64,000 bases of DNA from Lytechinus pictus (Eukaryota), in NCBI RefSeq assembly GCF_037042905.1, contig NC_087245.1:21266001-21330000 (forward strand), in the 5' to 3' direction. Below are positions 13,162-25,510 of this stretch, in pieces; the first letter of the stretch is position 1; each line of letters opens with the position of its first letter. Under the pieces are notes generated by a model that was not told where the DNA came from, did no database searches, and saw nothing but the letters and a program-made list of their open reading frames with translations. A program made the translations under genes and the position numbers.

Positions 13162-15511
13162 ATGATGTCGAATCTTCTTTTCTTATATGGCACAGTCAAG
13201 TCGGGTCAGCCAAATCATTCGGCTATCCCAGTAGATGGTCCAGGACTATGTAAATGTCTGGGGACGGGACGGACCGAAACAAAATGGCCGTTAGTGATCG
13301 CAACAAAATACAACCTTCCCTTTCTGTTGGACTGCGAAGGAGAAGGATACGTAAGTATTTTAGATGAAACTTATATATAAAAATACATTTGAAACAACAT
13401 GAAAGTACCCGATAGTCAATGAAACATGCAAAAGATGTTAACAGGGTAGATATAAATCTTCTGACAACGCTCCTTCCACCCATATACCGCACAAGCGCAA
13501 ACAAATAATTTTGGGCCATTATTGGTTTTATTTCATTTGATTTAATTTGGATTGATTTGATTAAATGTGATGAATCCGACTACTGTGCCTCTTATATTTT
13601 ACTCAATATTGTATGAAGGTATGTTTGTATGTATTTATGTAGTGCATGTAGACGGATTATCCCATTCATGTCATCTCATGCATTCACCAAAGCGAATTCA
13701 TAACTACACTCATATTGGTATTGATCCGAATATGATTGTGAAAGAACTGTAACGAAGAAGATATTTGTTGCCAACTTAGTTCCATGTCTCATTTATTGCA
13801 AGCCCACCAAAACTGTGGATTTCCGAGCAAAAACAAAAGTTGACATGATCGTCAGATAATGATCCATTGTTATTGAGAGTTTTAAAAGATGATTTGGTCA
13901 GTCCATGAAAAATGTAACGTACTAAGTAGTGATCATTGTGCTTATGATTATTTAGATGATGATGATAATGGTCATGATCATCATGATCATCATCCCCATC
14001 ATGGCGATTGATATAAATATGATGATGGTTATGATTATAAACTATCTCGTTTGTAATTACTTCATTTCATATTTACATCATAATTTGAATTATTACTTCT
14101 TTATTGCATCTGAGTATCTTAATCATCATTAAGATCTAAGGACATACCGTCTATGTCATCCTCACGACGAATTGAATTCTAAATTTTAACTTCTATAGCC
14201 AAGGTAGTATTATGCGGAGCTCCAAAAACATTTTTATGAAACCCTATGTTACCATCATATATATTTATTTTGTAGAACGTCCAAGGTGAGGTGTACGAGA
14301 TAGATGACGATATCCTTGCTGACATCGACAAAAAGGAAGATCAATATGATCGTCGGAAGGTCAAGATCGTCATGGACAAAATGGCGGATGGCTCCGAGCC
14401 GACGACCTTGGAATGCTGGTTCTACCTGTTACCAAGGTAGATTTATTTTCTTCATTTTCGTTTAAGTTTTTTCATCATTCACAATATCATTGCAATGATT
14501 ATTAATACCTATTCAGTCGCTATCAGTATTCTAACGTCATCATCCTTAACATCATCATTCACATTTACCACGCTAGGTTGGAACCATCGAATGATTGTGG
14601 ATTGCGCGTTGCGGAATTTCTTCATGGCAATTTTTTTCGTTCATTGTTTCAAGGGATAAATCTTTCAATCATTAAAATGAAAATATTTTTGTCGAAAGCA
14701 AAACATTTCTTTGTGCAAACAAGAGGTGATATAATATGTTTAAAGGCGAAATGCCATTAAAAAGGGTTTAGTGGTATCTTTACAGCAACGCTTTAAATAT
14801 CACGATGAATAATGATCACTTGGCCTTATAAACCTCTTGCAATTCCTTTTTGCTATTTTGATTTATATTTCAAACACAAAAATGATATAACATAATATCT
14901 AATTAACATAATTCTTTCAAAAAACCCTAAAATCTAAGGCTTTAGTCTTAGGCGACAGTAAAACATTTCAATGATATAATTCATCAGTAGTTATTCATAA
15001 TTATTATAAATATAGAAATAAAAAATTATACATAAATGAATGTCATATACTAAAACACATTAAGAACCCACCCACAATATCCAAATTCCCACAAAAACGC
15101 ACACACACAAACACACACATACACAATATACGGTACATAGGCCAATGATCTATACCCATATAAAAAAAATCAGAAAAAGTAACATCATCGCATCGAATTT
15201 CAAAAGAAATCGACTAAAAGTATAATAATATTGCATTAAGTTTTAATTCATGGCAATGAATAGAAATTCTAAAGCACATTATCCATATCTTATGTCGTGT
15301 GATTTTTTATCTTGTTTTTTGCATTCACCAATACAGATTCAGGCAGTCGTTACTGGCACTTGAGAAACATGAGAATTACGACAGTTATGGCGCCCACGGC
15401 CAGCAGTACATCCAGATGTACGATCTCGAGAACAGTAGATGGTTAGAACCCATGGAAACTGTACATAAAGAATTTGCCCTACTAAAAAGGGAAGATGAAA
15501 AACTCACCTAA
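13162..15511 (+). CDS. GGACT: Gamma-glutamylaminecyclotransferase-like protein, copy 1 (3 exons, ~174 aa)
   Basis: Exons 13162-13350, 14276-14436, 15337-15511, GT-AG, phases 0 and 2. Motifs [51 protein letters not shown] match GGACT/AIG2-like cyclotransferases. Confidence 0.9.
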
Positions 15512-15569
15512 TAACAGTGGACTCACTATTGATTAGTCGTTCTCGGCAGTATGAATTTATAAACGGATA

Positions 15570-16360
15570 TGTTAGGATCTGTCAGGCGGGAAATTCAAAT
15601 CTTTGAAGAATGTGTCATGTACAGTCAAGTCCTCTGACATATTAATTGCTTTGTGAAATAATCTTCTAGTCGGGTCAATGTAAAACCAAAAATACCCCTT
15701 CTCCCAAAATATTGCAAAAAATGTTTTTCAACGGTTTCTTGTACTATTTTGAGGTCAGGAATTACGTAATAAAATCTATCGAAATCCACATCCGGAAAGC
15801 GGTTATTTTCAAGATGGCGTCCAAGATGGCCGCTATTCACTGAAAATAGACATAGCTCACTTATCATCTACCCTTTACATCCTGTTTTGGTGCATATTCC
15901 ACGGTATGGGAGGGGGGTAAAAGATCAGTTGATACAGGTCAGAGTGAACATAAGCAGTCGAGTGTACTTAGAAATCCAAGATGGCGTCCAAAATGGCTGC
16001 CTAAAAATCCAAAGTTCATCTTTTACTTACTTTCGTGTCTTTAATTTGGTTTATGTGCAATGGCTTTAAGGGTCACGAAGTACATTAGGACAAGTTACAA
16101 GGACAGTCTGTGGTCCGGTATGTCCAGAATTCCAAAATGGCTAAAATGGTGAATAAAATGGCTGCTGATACTTAAAACTGACATAGTTCATATCATATCC
16201 GCATTGGAGATATGATTTGGTGTTTACATTATGGTTTCAACTTCCAAGTATTACACTGGGGCAAGGTAGGGCAGTCAGTGGTCTAGTATGTCAAAAAATC
16301 AAAGATGGCTTCAAAAATGGAGTCTAAAACACGCAAAATTACTGGTTAAAAATGGTCATA
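15570..16360. repeat. Interspersed repeat with recurring CAAGATGGCG/CAAAATGGCT subrepeats
   Basis: Paired AAGATGGCGTCCAA(G/A)ATGG motifs recur near 15811, 15978, 16135 and 16302, about every 165 bp. Confidence 0.55.
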
Positions 16361-18754
16361 GTTCATACAATATCCGCGGTTGAACTCCATGTAAAGCACA
16401 CAAAAAGTATACTTCCTTCCACTATATATATATCAACTGAGAGAAGAATGACAAAGGCAGTCGAATGTCTTTTCAAAGTTTCACTGAGTCCAGTGGCGTA
16501 TCGTTGGTAAAACGGCATTGAAAGGGGAAGGGGCAAATAAAAAATGTAAGTCCCTTTATATTGAGCGCGCGAAGCGGACTCGATTACCAAGTGTGATTAT
16601 GTCGAAGAGTGGCAATTTTCCTCTCCTAGTCTTTGACCTTCCATTAGCATTATCAGTCCTTATGACTGAAGTTGAGTTCTTTAAGTTAAGTTTTTAAGTT
16701 ATTCGTTAGGCCTATATTAACTTGTAATGAAAATTAACTAGTTAACACCATTACAAAATCTAATTTCCAATCACTTTTCCATGTTCTTATGGACATTTTG
16801 AGTTATCTCATAGTTCATATATTAAACGAATGACAGAAGTTATCTGACCTACCACTTTGATAATCCCAATGATCTATGTCATTTTCTATAGTTAGAGTGT
16901 TTTATCAAACTCTCATCTTTTCCTTCTTTCCAACCTTACTAACCGTCCACTTATCCCCTCTCAGTCTATCTGTCTCCCACTCTCCCTTCTTGAAATGTTG
17001 TAGATTCTTCCCTTTTCATAATTCTTGTTTTGTAATATGCGAAATAACTAATTTTAAATCTGAAGCTGTAAATACAATATGCTTGATACGTTCTCTCAAA
17101 TCATGAAAATAATTTACCCTATATTTTAATGTTTGTACCTCCTTCATATCATATTTGTTTTCATTCCCCAAACTCCACTCCTCTTTTCCCCTCCCCCCCC
17201 CATTTTTTTCTCTCTCTATATATATATATATATATATTTCTCTTTGTCTTTCCCTCTCTGTCCTATCTCGTATTCCTGTTCTATCTCGTTACTCCCCTGT
17301 TCACTTCTGCTAAATTATCCTGTTCTAGACAGTACTCTCATTACCTGGTTTCGTATCTTTAATTGGTGAATACCTTAACAGTATTTTTTATATAATGTTA
17401 TTCAGCAAGCGTTATAATTTATTTTACTTATGGAAAAATGTAATGTGTTGTTCTACCTCAATTTATATTGTTTGCATATAATTTACATTTGCAAATGTCA
17501 TTGTTATTATATATGACAATTTTACTTTGTTCTGTTTAAAATGAATTGAAAATAAACAGTTTTGAATTATAGGATTGCTTATCGTATCTAAATTCATGTA
17601 GTTGTTTCTGCAAGATTCTGCTGCGAATAGATTTTCCAGTAAATAATAATTAATTACAAGCTGATATTTTTTTATATGCTTGCCTGGAAATAGGTTATAT
17701 GAGGCACTTTTATTGTAAACATGAAAACGATGATATTTTACTCAACAATAATGCGAGAGCGAAGGGCATCCTGAAATGTCTTTATTTTTGCCGAGAGGAC
17801 ACCTTTGGACAGAAATGGATCCGACAACGTTGGAACTGTCTGAAAAATAGATGAATGTTGGTGAAGTGAATATTCTAAGTTTGTATAAAATATATATAGA
17901 CATTTTCTTATAGATAGAACATTACCAATCAATTAAAGTTTAACAATGTGTAAAACACCGAATTCAGAGACGATATATTTGGACATAAACGGCACCTCAT
18001 TTTGGGTTGATAGTCCTTAAAATAAAATCATCTATAGGTTTTGGGGATTTAAGTTTTTAAACAATCGCATTTCAGTAATCAATTTGTTAAAACCATAGAC
18101 CTCACAGCTCGATTGTCGAATGATTGTAAATGATAAAGATTAAACAGTAATTTTGGCCCTGAAATACCAGAAAATATTGTTTAAAAGTAAACGCGTAGGC
18201 CTATTTCACAACTCTTCTCTATAGCAGGTATCTTTTAAAGTGTCCAATATATACAAATGTAGATTTGAAATTAAAATACACATATTTTCTTTCATGATAC
18301 ACAAGAAATTTTTTATGGTATACCCTGATTGTAAAACAACCCCGAATGCACCAATTCCCTTGTCAAATATAGAATTGTATATCCGTGAATTCGTGTAGCT
18401 TTGAAGGCATTCAAATTTCGGAAGGCTATTTGATTTAACAATGATCTAACCTCCGTCTAAGTTCTTCAGTCAAGCTCTGGCCTTTTTTGTGAATTTTACA
18501 GAAATGAATCACTTCCTTATGCTTGTGAACAGCCTTCATTTTATCCTTGAGGGTATTTTCTTGTAGGATAGTTTTCACGGGTACATGAACCAATCTACCC
18601 AGCGGCATATTAATGAAATAAGTTATAATATCAGGTTGTCAATCTTTGTGTAACAGGGTACTTATGGTTTTTTTTAAAGACAGCCATATTGCACACACAT
18701 GATTCTTGTGAACAGTTCTCAAAGCGATTTTAGATTGTCGATCTGACAACTATC

Positions 18755-18871
18755 CATAGGCGGCGGAAGCGGGGGACGGGGGGGGGGGGGGCCTGTCTTA
18801 CAATCCTCCCTATATTTGTATAGTTGATAACCTTTTTTCCCCCCTTAATTGTTTGCCTTTCGCCGCCAATG
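18755..18871. mobile_element. MITE with perfect 8-bp TSD
   Basis: TIRs CATAGGCGGCG / CGCCGCCAATG; TSD CAACTATC at 18747-18754 and 18872-18879. Confidence 0.8.
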
Positions 18872-19592
18872 CAACTATCCATCAGAATATCATGAATATG
18901 GAAGCACAAACCAAACTAAATACCGAAAATTACTCTGCGAACTTCACTGCATTCGCCTAGCTTGAGGGAGATACGCCAAATCATCCAAATAGAAATACGC
19001 AAGTATCAAGTCTGTATAGGCGTCATTACAGGGAACATTTTTCACAAAACTTTCAAACAATACAAAGAGAACAAGTAACAAATATTAGTAAACCAGACCT
19101 AAGTCTTTATATTTCGAAATGAAAAAAAAATACTTCTGTTGAATTGCCTCCACCAGACATTCTTCCAATGCATTTTTACCAAATAAATCATTTAAACATA
19201 AAATACGAATGGTGAATTTGAGTCATTTACGCGACAATTCTCGTCTTTCGCTTATCTTTTTTTTAATAATGTACCGTGAAAACCAGCCATCCTGTCTTTC
19301 GTCCGAAGTCCACTCGTGTTCTGCATTCATTGACGAAGTTCAAACATTGACTGACCAAATACGATATTAAAATCATCCTTTTGCTTTTTCGATGGAGGTG
19401 TGATAATCAGACTTTAACCTGCTTCGCTGCCGACTCGCAGCAACTGGTCAGACATTAAGAACGGATAGAATCACAACGTCGGTCCATATTTTTTAGTATT
19501 GCCGAGATTGCTTCGGACTTTCAATTTTGTGAAGTGGTCTGTCTGGTGTTAGAACTTCAACCTAGTCATCTGTACTATCAAAACCCTTTCCA

Positions 19593-21788
19593 ATGATGTC
19601 GAATCTTCTTTTCTTGTATGGAACCATCAAATCAGGTCAGCCCAATCATTCGTCTGTTCCAGTAGATGGTCCAGGACTATGTAAATGTCTCGGCACGGGG
19701 CGGACAGAAACAAAATGGCCGCTGGTGATCGCAACAAAATACAACATTCCCTTTCTCTTGGACTGTGAAGGGAACGGATATGTAAGTAATTTAGAAAAAA
19801 AATTATTATAAGATATGAAAACAATGGACCTTTCAACGGGATTTTCCTGTTCCCGTCATTCGTGTCTCCTTTACGTCTGGTTAGTTTTAACTTGAATGAT
19901 AATAATGATCTATCATTAATGTTCTCATATCGGGACCATGCATGCCCCTGTTTCACTAGCACAATTGAATTTGAGTTTCTCATTTCGTCTCCATGAGATT
20001 CATTTTGTAAATATTTTGGTATCTCGGAAGCACTCTTGACTATGAGTCCCAAGGTCCTTGGGTTTGAGTCTTGGGGAGAGGGCGATTTAGTTTACCTTTA
20101 TCTAAGATAAAGTGTTGTAGATAATGCATTAAAAGGATCACGTTTTAAAGAAGTCCTGTCTACTTAGGCCTATAAATTCGGTTTGCATCATGATGAAAGC
20201 CATCATTGATGATGACTATGGAATTACAAATAACCCTGGTGATGGTTTTGAATATCATGATCATGATGCTGCTCTGGAATAACCATTATCACAATGATGA
20301 TTATCTTAATCATTATAATTATCATTATAAGGGCAATGCTGACTGGATTGATGACGTTACACTCTAAAAACAGAGAGTAAAAATTTATCCAGTATTGGGT
20401 AAAAAGGGAAAACGCATGTTTGCTGGGTAATTTTTACCCTCAAAATTGGGGCAAAATGCATGTATAAAGGGTAAATTTCAACGCATCATCCGTAAAATTT
20501 ACAAAATATTTGGTATCTCTTTACCCAACAAACATGCATGTCCCATTTTACCAAATGTTGGGTAAACCCCTTTTTAAAGAGTGTAATGATATTAATGATC
20601 ATAATTTTGATGATGATGATCTTCATTGTCGCGCCAATCATCATCGCGATTATGTTAATCATGATACCACTCTTCTCAAAACTGCATTTCATCATTACAT
20701 TATCACTTGAATTAATTACTGTATTATGATGACTACCTTTGAGACGATCATGATCACCATTAAAAATTGAGGTAATACCATCTAATTCGTCTTGAAGGAG
20801 TTGAATGTCTAGTTTCCAATATATCTTGTAGAACGTCCAAGGTGAGGTGTACGAGATAGATAACAATATCCTTGCTGACATCGATGAAAAGGAAGGCTAC
20901 CCAGATCACTACGATCGTCGGAAGGTCAAGATCATCATGGACAAAATGGCGGATGGCTCCGAGCCGACGACCTTGGAATGCTGGTTCTACCTGTTACCAA
21001 GGTGCGTTAATTATTGGTTAGTTTTTCTCCTTTCAATCATCTTTCATCTATCAATATTTCACTCGCTGTTAGTATCGTAGCATCATCATCACCGTGAACA
21101 CTACCATCATCACTCATTACCACAGGTTAGAATGTTGTTAAAATTTGTTATTAAAAAATCGTGACTGACGGTTGGAGGATATTCTTCATGACAGACTTTA
21201 TTTTTACAGTGTTTTTTTTTTAAATCACATTAGAACAATTCCCACAAGAGTCAAATTTCTCAAATCTTACACACACACACACGCACACCCTCACACACAC
21301 AGGCATACGAGCACCTAGGCTTACCTATGCACATTCTTGTAAAAACTTCAGAAAATAACCTCAGTACCTGGATATTGTTTTATGAAATGTTGTACATCAA
21401 TATATGAATATTTGTAAATCTGTTATATCATTACGATGAATACTTAATTCAAGGAACACACAAGACCATTCTTTTACTCTCTAGATGAAATCAAAGCAAT
21501 TTCCCTTTGTTAATGTCATGTAGCTCAGGTCGGATTTTTTTTTTTTTAAATCAAACCAGCATGATACTAAGCCATCAATTTCATATTGTTTTCTTCATTG
21601 ACCGGCGACACAGATTCAGGCAATCCCTACTGGCACTTGAAAAGCACGAGAGTTATGACAGCTATGGCGCCCACGGCAAACAATACATCCAGATGTACAA
21701 TCATAAGAACAATGAATGGCTAGAACCCATGGAGACAGTACATAAAGAGATTGCCTCGTTACAAGAGAGAGATGACGTTTACACCTGA
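19593..21788 (+). CDS. GGACT: Gamma-glutamylaminecyclotransferase-like protein, copy 2 (3 exons, ~177 aa)
   Basis: Exons 19593-19781, 20832-21001, 21614-21788, GT-AG. Motifs [42 protein letters not shown]; AATAAA at 21924. Confidence 0.92.
20360..20583. mobile_element. MITE (CACT...AGTG ends) in GGACT2 intron 1
   Basis: CACTCTAAAAA / TTTAAAGAGTG termini, TA on both flanks, inverted TTGGGTAAA/TTTACCCAA subrepeats; no counterpart seen in GGACT1 intron 1. Confidence 0.7.
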
Positions 21789-22684
21789 TTACATTCTTCT
21801 CACTGTTGAGACATTGTTCGTAGATTATTTTATTTTCTTTCGAACCGTTATTACACTTATGCAATTTATAAGTGTTCTCTAGAATTGTAATATTTTTGTA
21901 GGCCTTCTATCATGGCGGTTTGCAATAAAGTATTACTATCAATGATAATACTAGCTTATGAATTATAGCGGTAAACACTTTGACCTACTTTTAACACCCT
22001 AAGTAAGCCATCACGAAATACCACCCACTCATGAAATAATTTTATCGCATTTCGTGTAAATTTAGAAGGTATATGGGCATCATTTATTGAATATTTCCTC
22101 TCATATATCACTGGATGCTTTTACATGGGTACAACTGCATTATCCAAAGAGAAGAAGAACATGAATAAAAATACTATTAAATGTCACGGAGGCCTACAGT
22201 TGTAAATTCAAATGATTTGCAAGAATACTTATTTCGAGCAATAATGTTTAAGTGCAAGAGCGTTAATTGCCCATATAGTAGTTAATTGTCACAATGAAAT
22301 ATGACATGAGCTATCTTTAGAAAGTAAGAGTCATTCCAAGACTTAGAAGAAAAAAAAACAGAACATCGTACATACATTCTTTACCTTAATAAAAGTTCTC
22401 AACTTTGATACTGCCTTTATATTGCATGTATAAAATGATTTGATTAACGGTGTTGTTTTTCTTCACATTATAATACCCATTCAAATCGTACTAAGTACAC
22501 CTCAATCAGCATAATATGGGGTAACTGTATGTGACATATTTTGTGCTCACTGTGGGAAATATTAATTGGTCCAAGTCCGATTTAGGAAGGAAACGGAGTA
22601 GCAGAAAATAAATCTGCCGCAACACCCTTCCAGTGGCATGACAGACACAGTGGTCAGGATGATGCAGTGGTAGTCATAGGATCA

Positions 22685-23125
22685 TTTTATTGTCTCGCTT
22701 GCATAGCAGAGCGAGACTAGAGGCGCCGCTTTTCCGACGGCGGCGGCGTCAACATCAAATCTTAACCAAAGTTTAAGTTTTTGACATGGGTTTTTGAAAT
22801 GTCATCATAACTTAGAAAGCATATGGGCCTAGTTCATAAAACTTGGATATAATGGTTATCAAGTATTACTGAACATCCTGCCAGAGTTTTTGAGGTCACA
22901 AAAAATTACACGACCAAGGTCAAAGGCCATTTAGGGTCAATTAACTTAGACCATGTTGGAGGGCTTAACATGAAAATCTTAACCGGAGGTTAAGTTTTTG
23001 AAATGTCATCATAACTTACAAAGTATGTAGACCTATTTCATAATACTTGGACATAAGAGTAATCAATTATCACTAAATGTTCTACTTGAGTTTCAGGTCA
23101 CTTGACCAAGGTCAAAGGTCATTTA
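22685..23125 (+). mobile_element. Helentron/HINE-like non-autonomous element with ~220-bp tandem units
   Basis: T-rich start, subterminal inverted repeat GTCTCGC...GCGAGAC, GGC microsatellite, two units each containing AAATCTTAACC...GTCATCATAACTTA...GACCAAGGTCAAAGG. Confidence 0.6.
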
Positions 23126-25089
23126 GTGATACTTAATTACTCATATGAAGAGATTTAAGTAAAGGACCGGGTTTATTGTGTCCGTCTACTTTAAAGATAA
23201 TGCGGGCTACCCAGTTTTGTTAGCTTTGCAGCCGCCTCAAATACACTTGTGTAACAGAAGTTAAAAGGCAGTTACAGTATAATCTAATCTGGACAGAATA
23301 TGACATCGAACAGCACTGTGACAGGTGTCTTTGGTTATATACTTCACAGTGGCGTATCTACGGGGGGGGGGGGGTGGGGCAGGGGGGCACGTGCCCCGGG
23401 CGCCACTTTCATGGGGTGCAACAAGGGGAAAAGGGGGCGCAAAAAACAGAAATGAAGAGAAAATTCAAAGGATTAAAGGCACAGAAAAGAAATACCACAA
23501 GATGATTACCCCCGACAAAAATTATTACCATGGTAATACGAGCTACGCATGTTGGGGATGATCTTTTACATCTAATTCTAATTAATTTATCTCGACTATT
23601 TGCTTCAAAAAAGGTTTTATCGTAATTTAAAAATAGTAGGTGTTACTATATTTTTATATTGATAAATAATTCCCCGAGTTTCGTAATTTTGTCAAAATAA
23701 TGAGATAGAAATTATATCTAACAGAACGAGTGACAATTTATCCCAGCCACGTGAATATCGTCTGCTGCTATTCGTTGAGTTGATTTGCCTTCAGATTCGG
23801 ATATATTCACTTGTTTGTAAGTACAGTTATATCATTATTTTCCTTCTTTAGATCCTTGACAGAGGGAAGAGACTCTGTATGGCTGGTCAGGCTGGAATTG
23901 TCATGGATTTATTTTGGCCCGCGGTAGGCCTACGTGCAGCTAGCACTAGCAGCTGCATGAGTTGGTAGCGAATCCGCATGCAAGTTGAATTGTCCGACTC
24001 ATCATCATAGACGTAATTCCCCTAATTTACCTCCATCCACGTCACTAGAGCTAGAAATGTTATCATCATTCTCTTCATCTTCAAAATCATCAATTTGAAA
24101 ATCCAAAATCTAGATAACTTCTGGGTTTTCTTTCATTTCGTGATCGAAGTATTCAGTGACAGTGTGGAGAAAACGTACCCTCGCAACAGGTTTTGCATGC
24201 AAGTGGAGCTTGACGTGGGAGAGCCAATCACGTCTCTCGTACACTCATACACGTCATCAAATTCGAGTCAATTCAGAGACCGATGGGAGGCGTATTTCGG
24301 AGAGGCATTTTAGCGCTTTTTAATTGGCGATTTCCACCTTATGTATTACTTTCGTTATTTTTGAATGACCAAATGATAATCCTTACATCATGATCTTTCC
24401 ACTGATATATAATAAGGCCATATTCATAATCAATATATTCATCCTTTAAGCGTGACTTTCAGATAAACCCCACCTCACACTTTAGACCGGTCTGTGACCC
24501 GATTTCAGAAAGAATGGATGTTGTGCATAACTTGCTAAAAATAATATTTTCTTAAATGAGCTACCTACAAAGTACAAACTATAACAATACCAAAATCGGA
24601 TTTTTTTGCAAATTACAACTTCTATGGCTAGAATAAATAAAAACCTGTTTTTCCAGGAGGTGAGGTGAGATAGTGCATGGTTAACTATTTTCGAGGTATG
24701 TTGATATGGAGCTGTATCAAAACAGTATCGATTCTCTAAGGTCAATCTTCAGCTTGCGATTTGCATCCGTACTTGTTGGATATATCCATGATATAAGCGG
24801 TAGGGTTCCCCCCCCCCCATTCCGAGTTTGAGCCTTCACAATTTCGAAAAAAGGACGTCTGGCAAAAGTACTTTCTCTCTGCTAGGTCTTATGCCAGCTC
24901 TTGTCAGGGTTCTCAATTGCGAAATGAAAGATCGCCTATGGTTTCATGAATCAAATACTTGGGGATGGAGGGAGGAAGGGAATGGATGTTTCAAGCTGTT
25001 CGTAAGCTATAAAGGCCCTAGTGACTTCATCAACAACTTCAATAGGGTAAGTCAATAGTGAACAAACTATACATTTTACCCCACTTTTA

Positions 25090-25272
25090 GCTGCAAGGGT
25101 TGCCTTGGCGCCCAAGCAATCGAGGAATTGCTTCCTATCGGGTGCTCATTAACCACTCCTTGGTGGATAGTGTCAAATGTAGATAAACGCCTTGTCAAAG
25201 GACGCCTTTGCTGCGGTGGAGTTCGAACTCCGGTTTCTGTGTTTCAATGGCAAGAGACTTATCCATTCCACA
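25090..25272 (-). mobile_element. Degenerate tRNA-derived SINE
   Basis: B box (GAGTTCGAACTCC) near 25219; body resembles the SINE at 29549-29848. Confidence 0.5.
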
Positions 25273-25510
25273 GAAAACATATGATACTATTTCAAAAATG
25301 AAATCATTGTAAAAATATTAGGACACATAGTCTATGCATCTTATTTGATCTTCCAGTTTTTTCATCCATAAAACCCCGGGGCTCCAAAGCCATGTATCAC
25401 CGAGCGGTTGTATGTACAACGTTGCCGGAAAAGAGTTTCCAAAAAAATCCTCTCCGTGTCAACCGACATAGAGATGGTACACTGGAATTGTCAAAACTTA
25501 GGAAAGGAAC

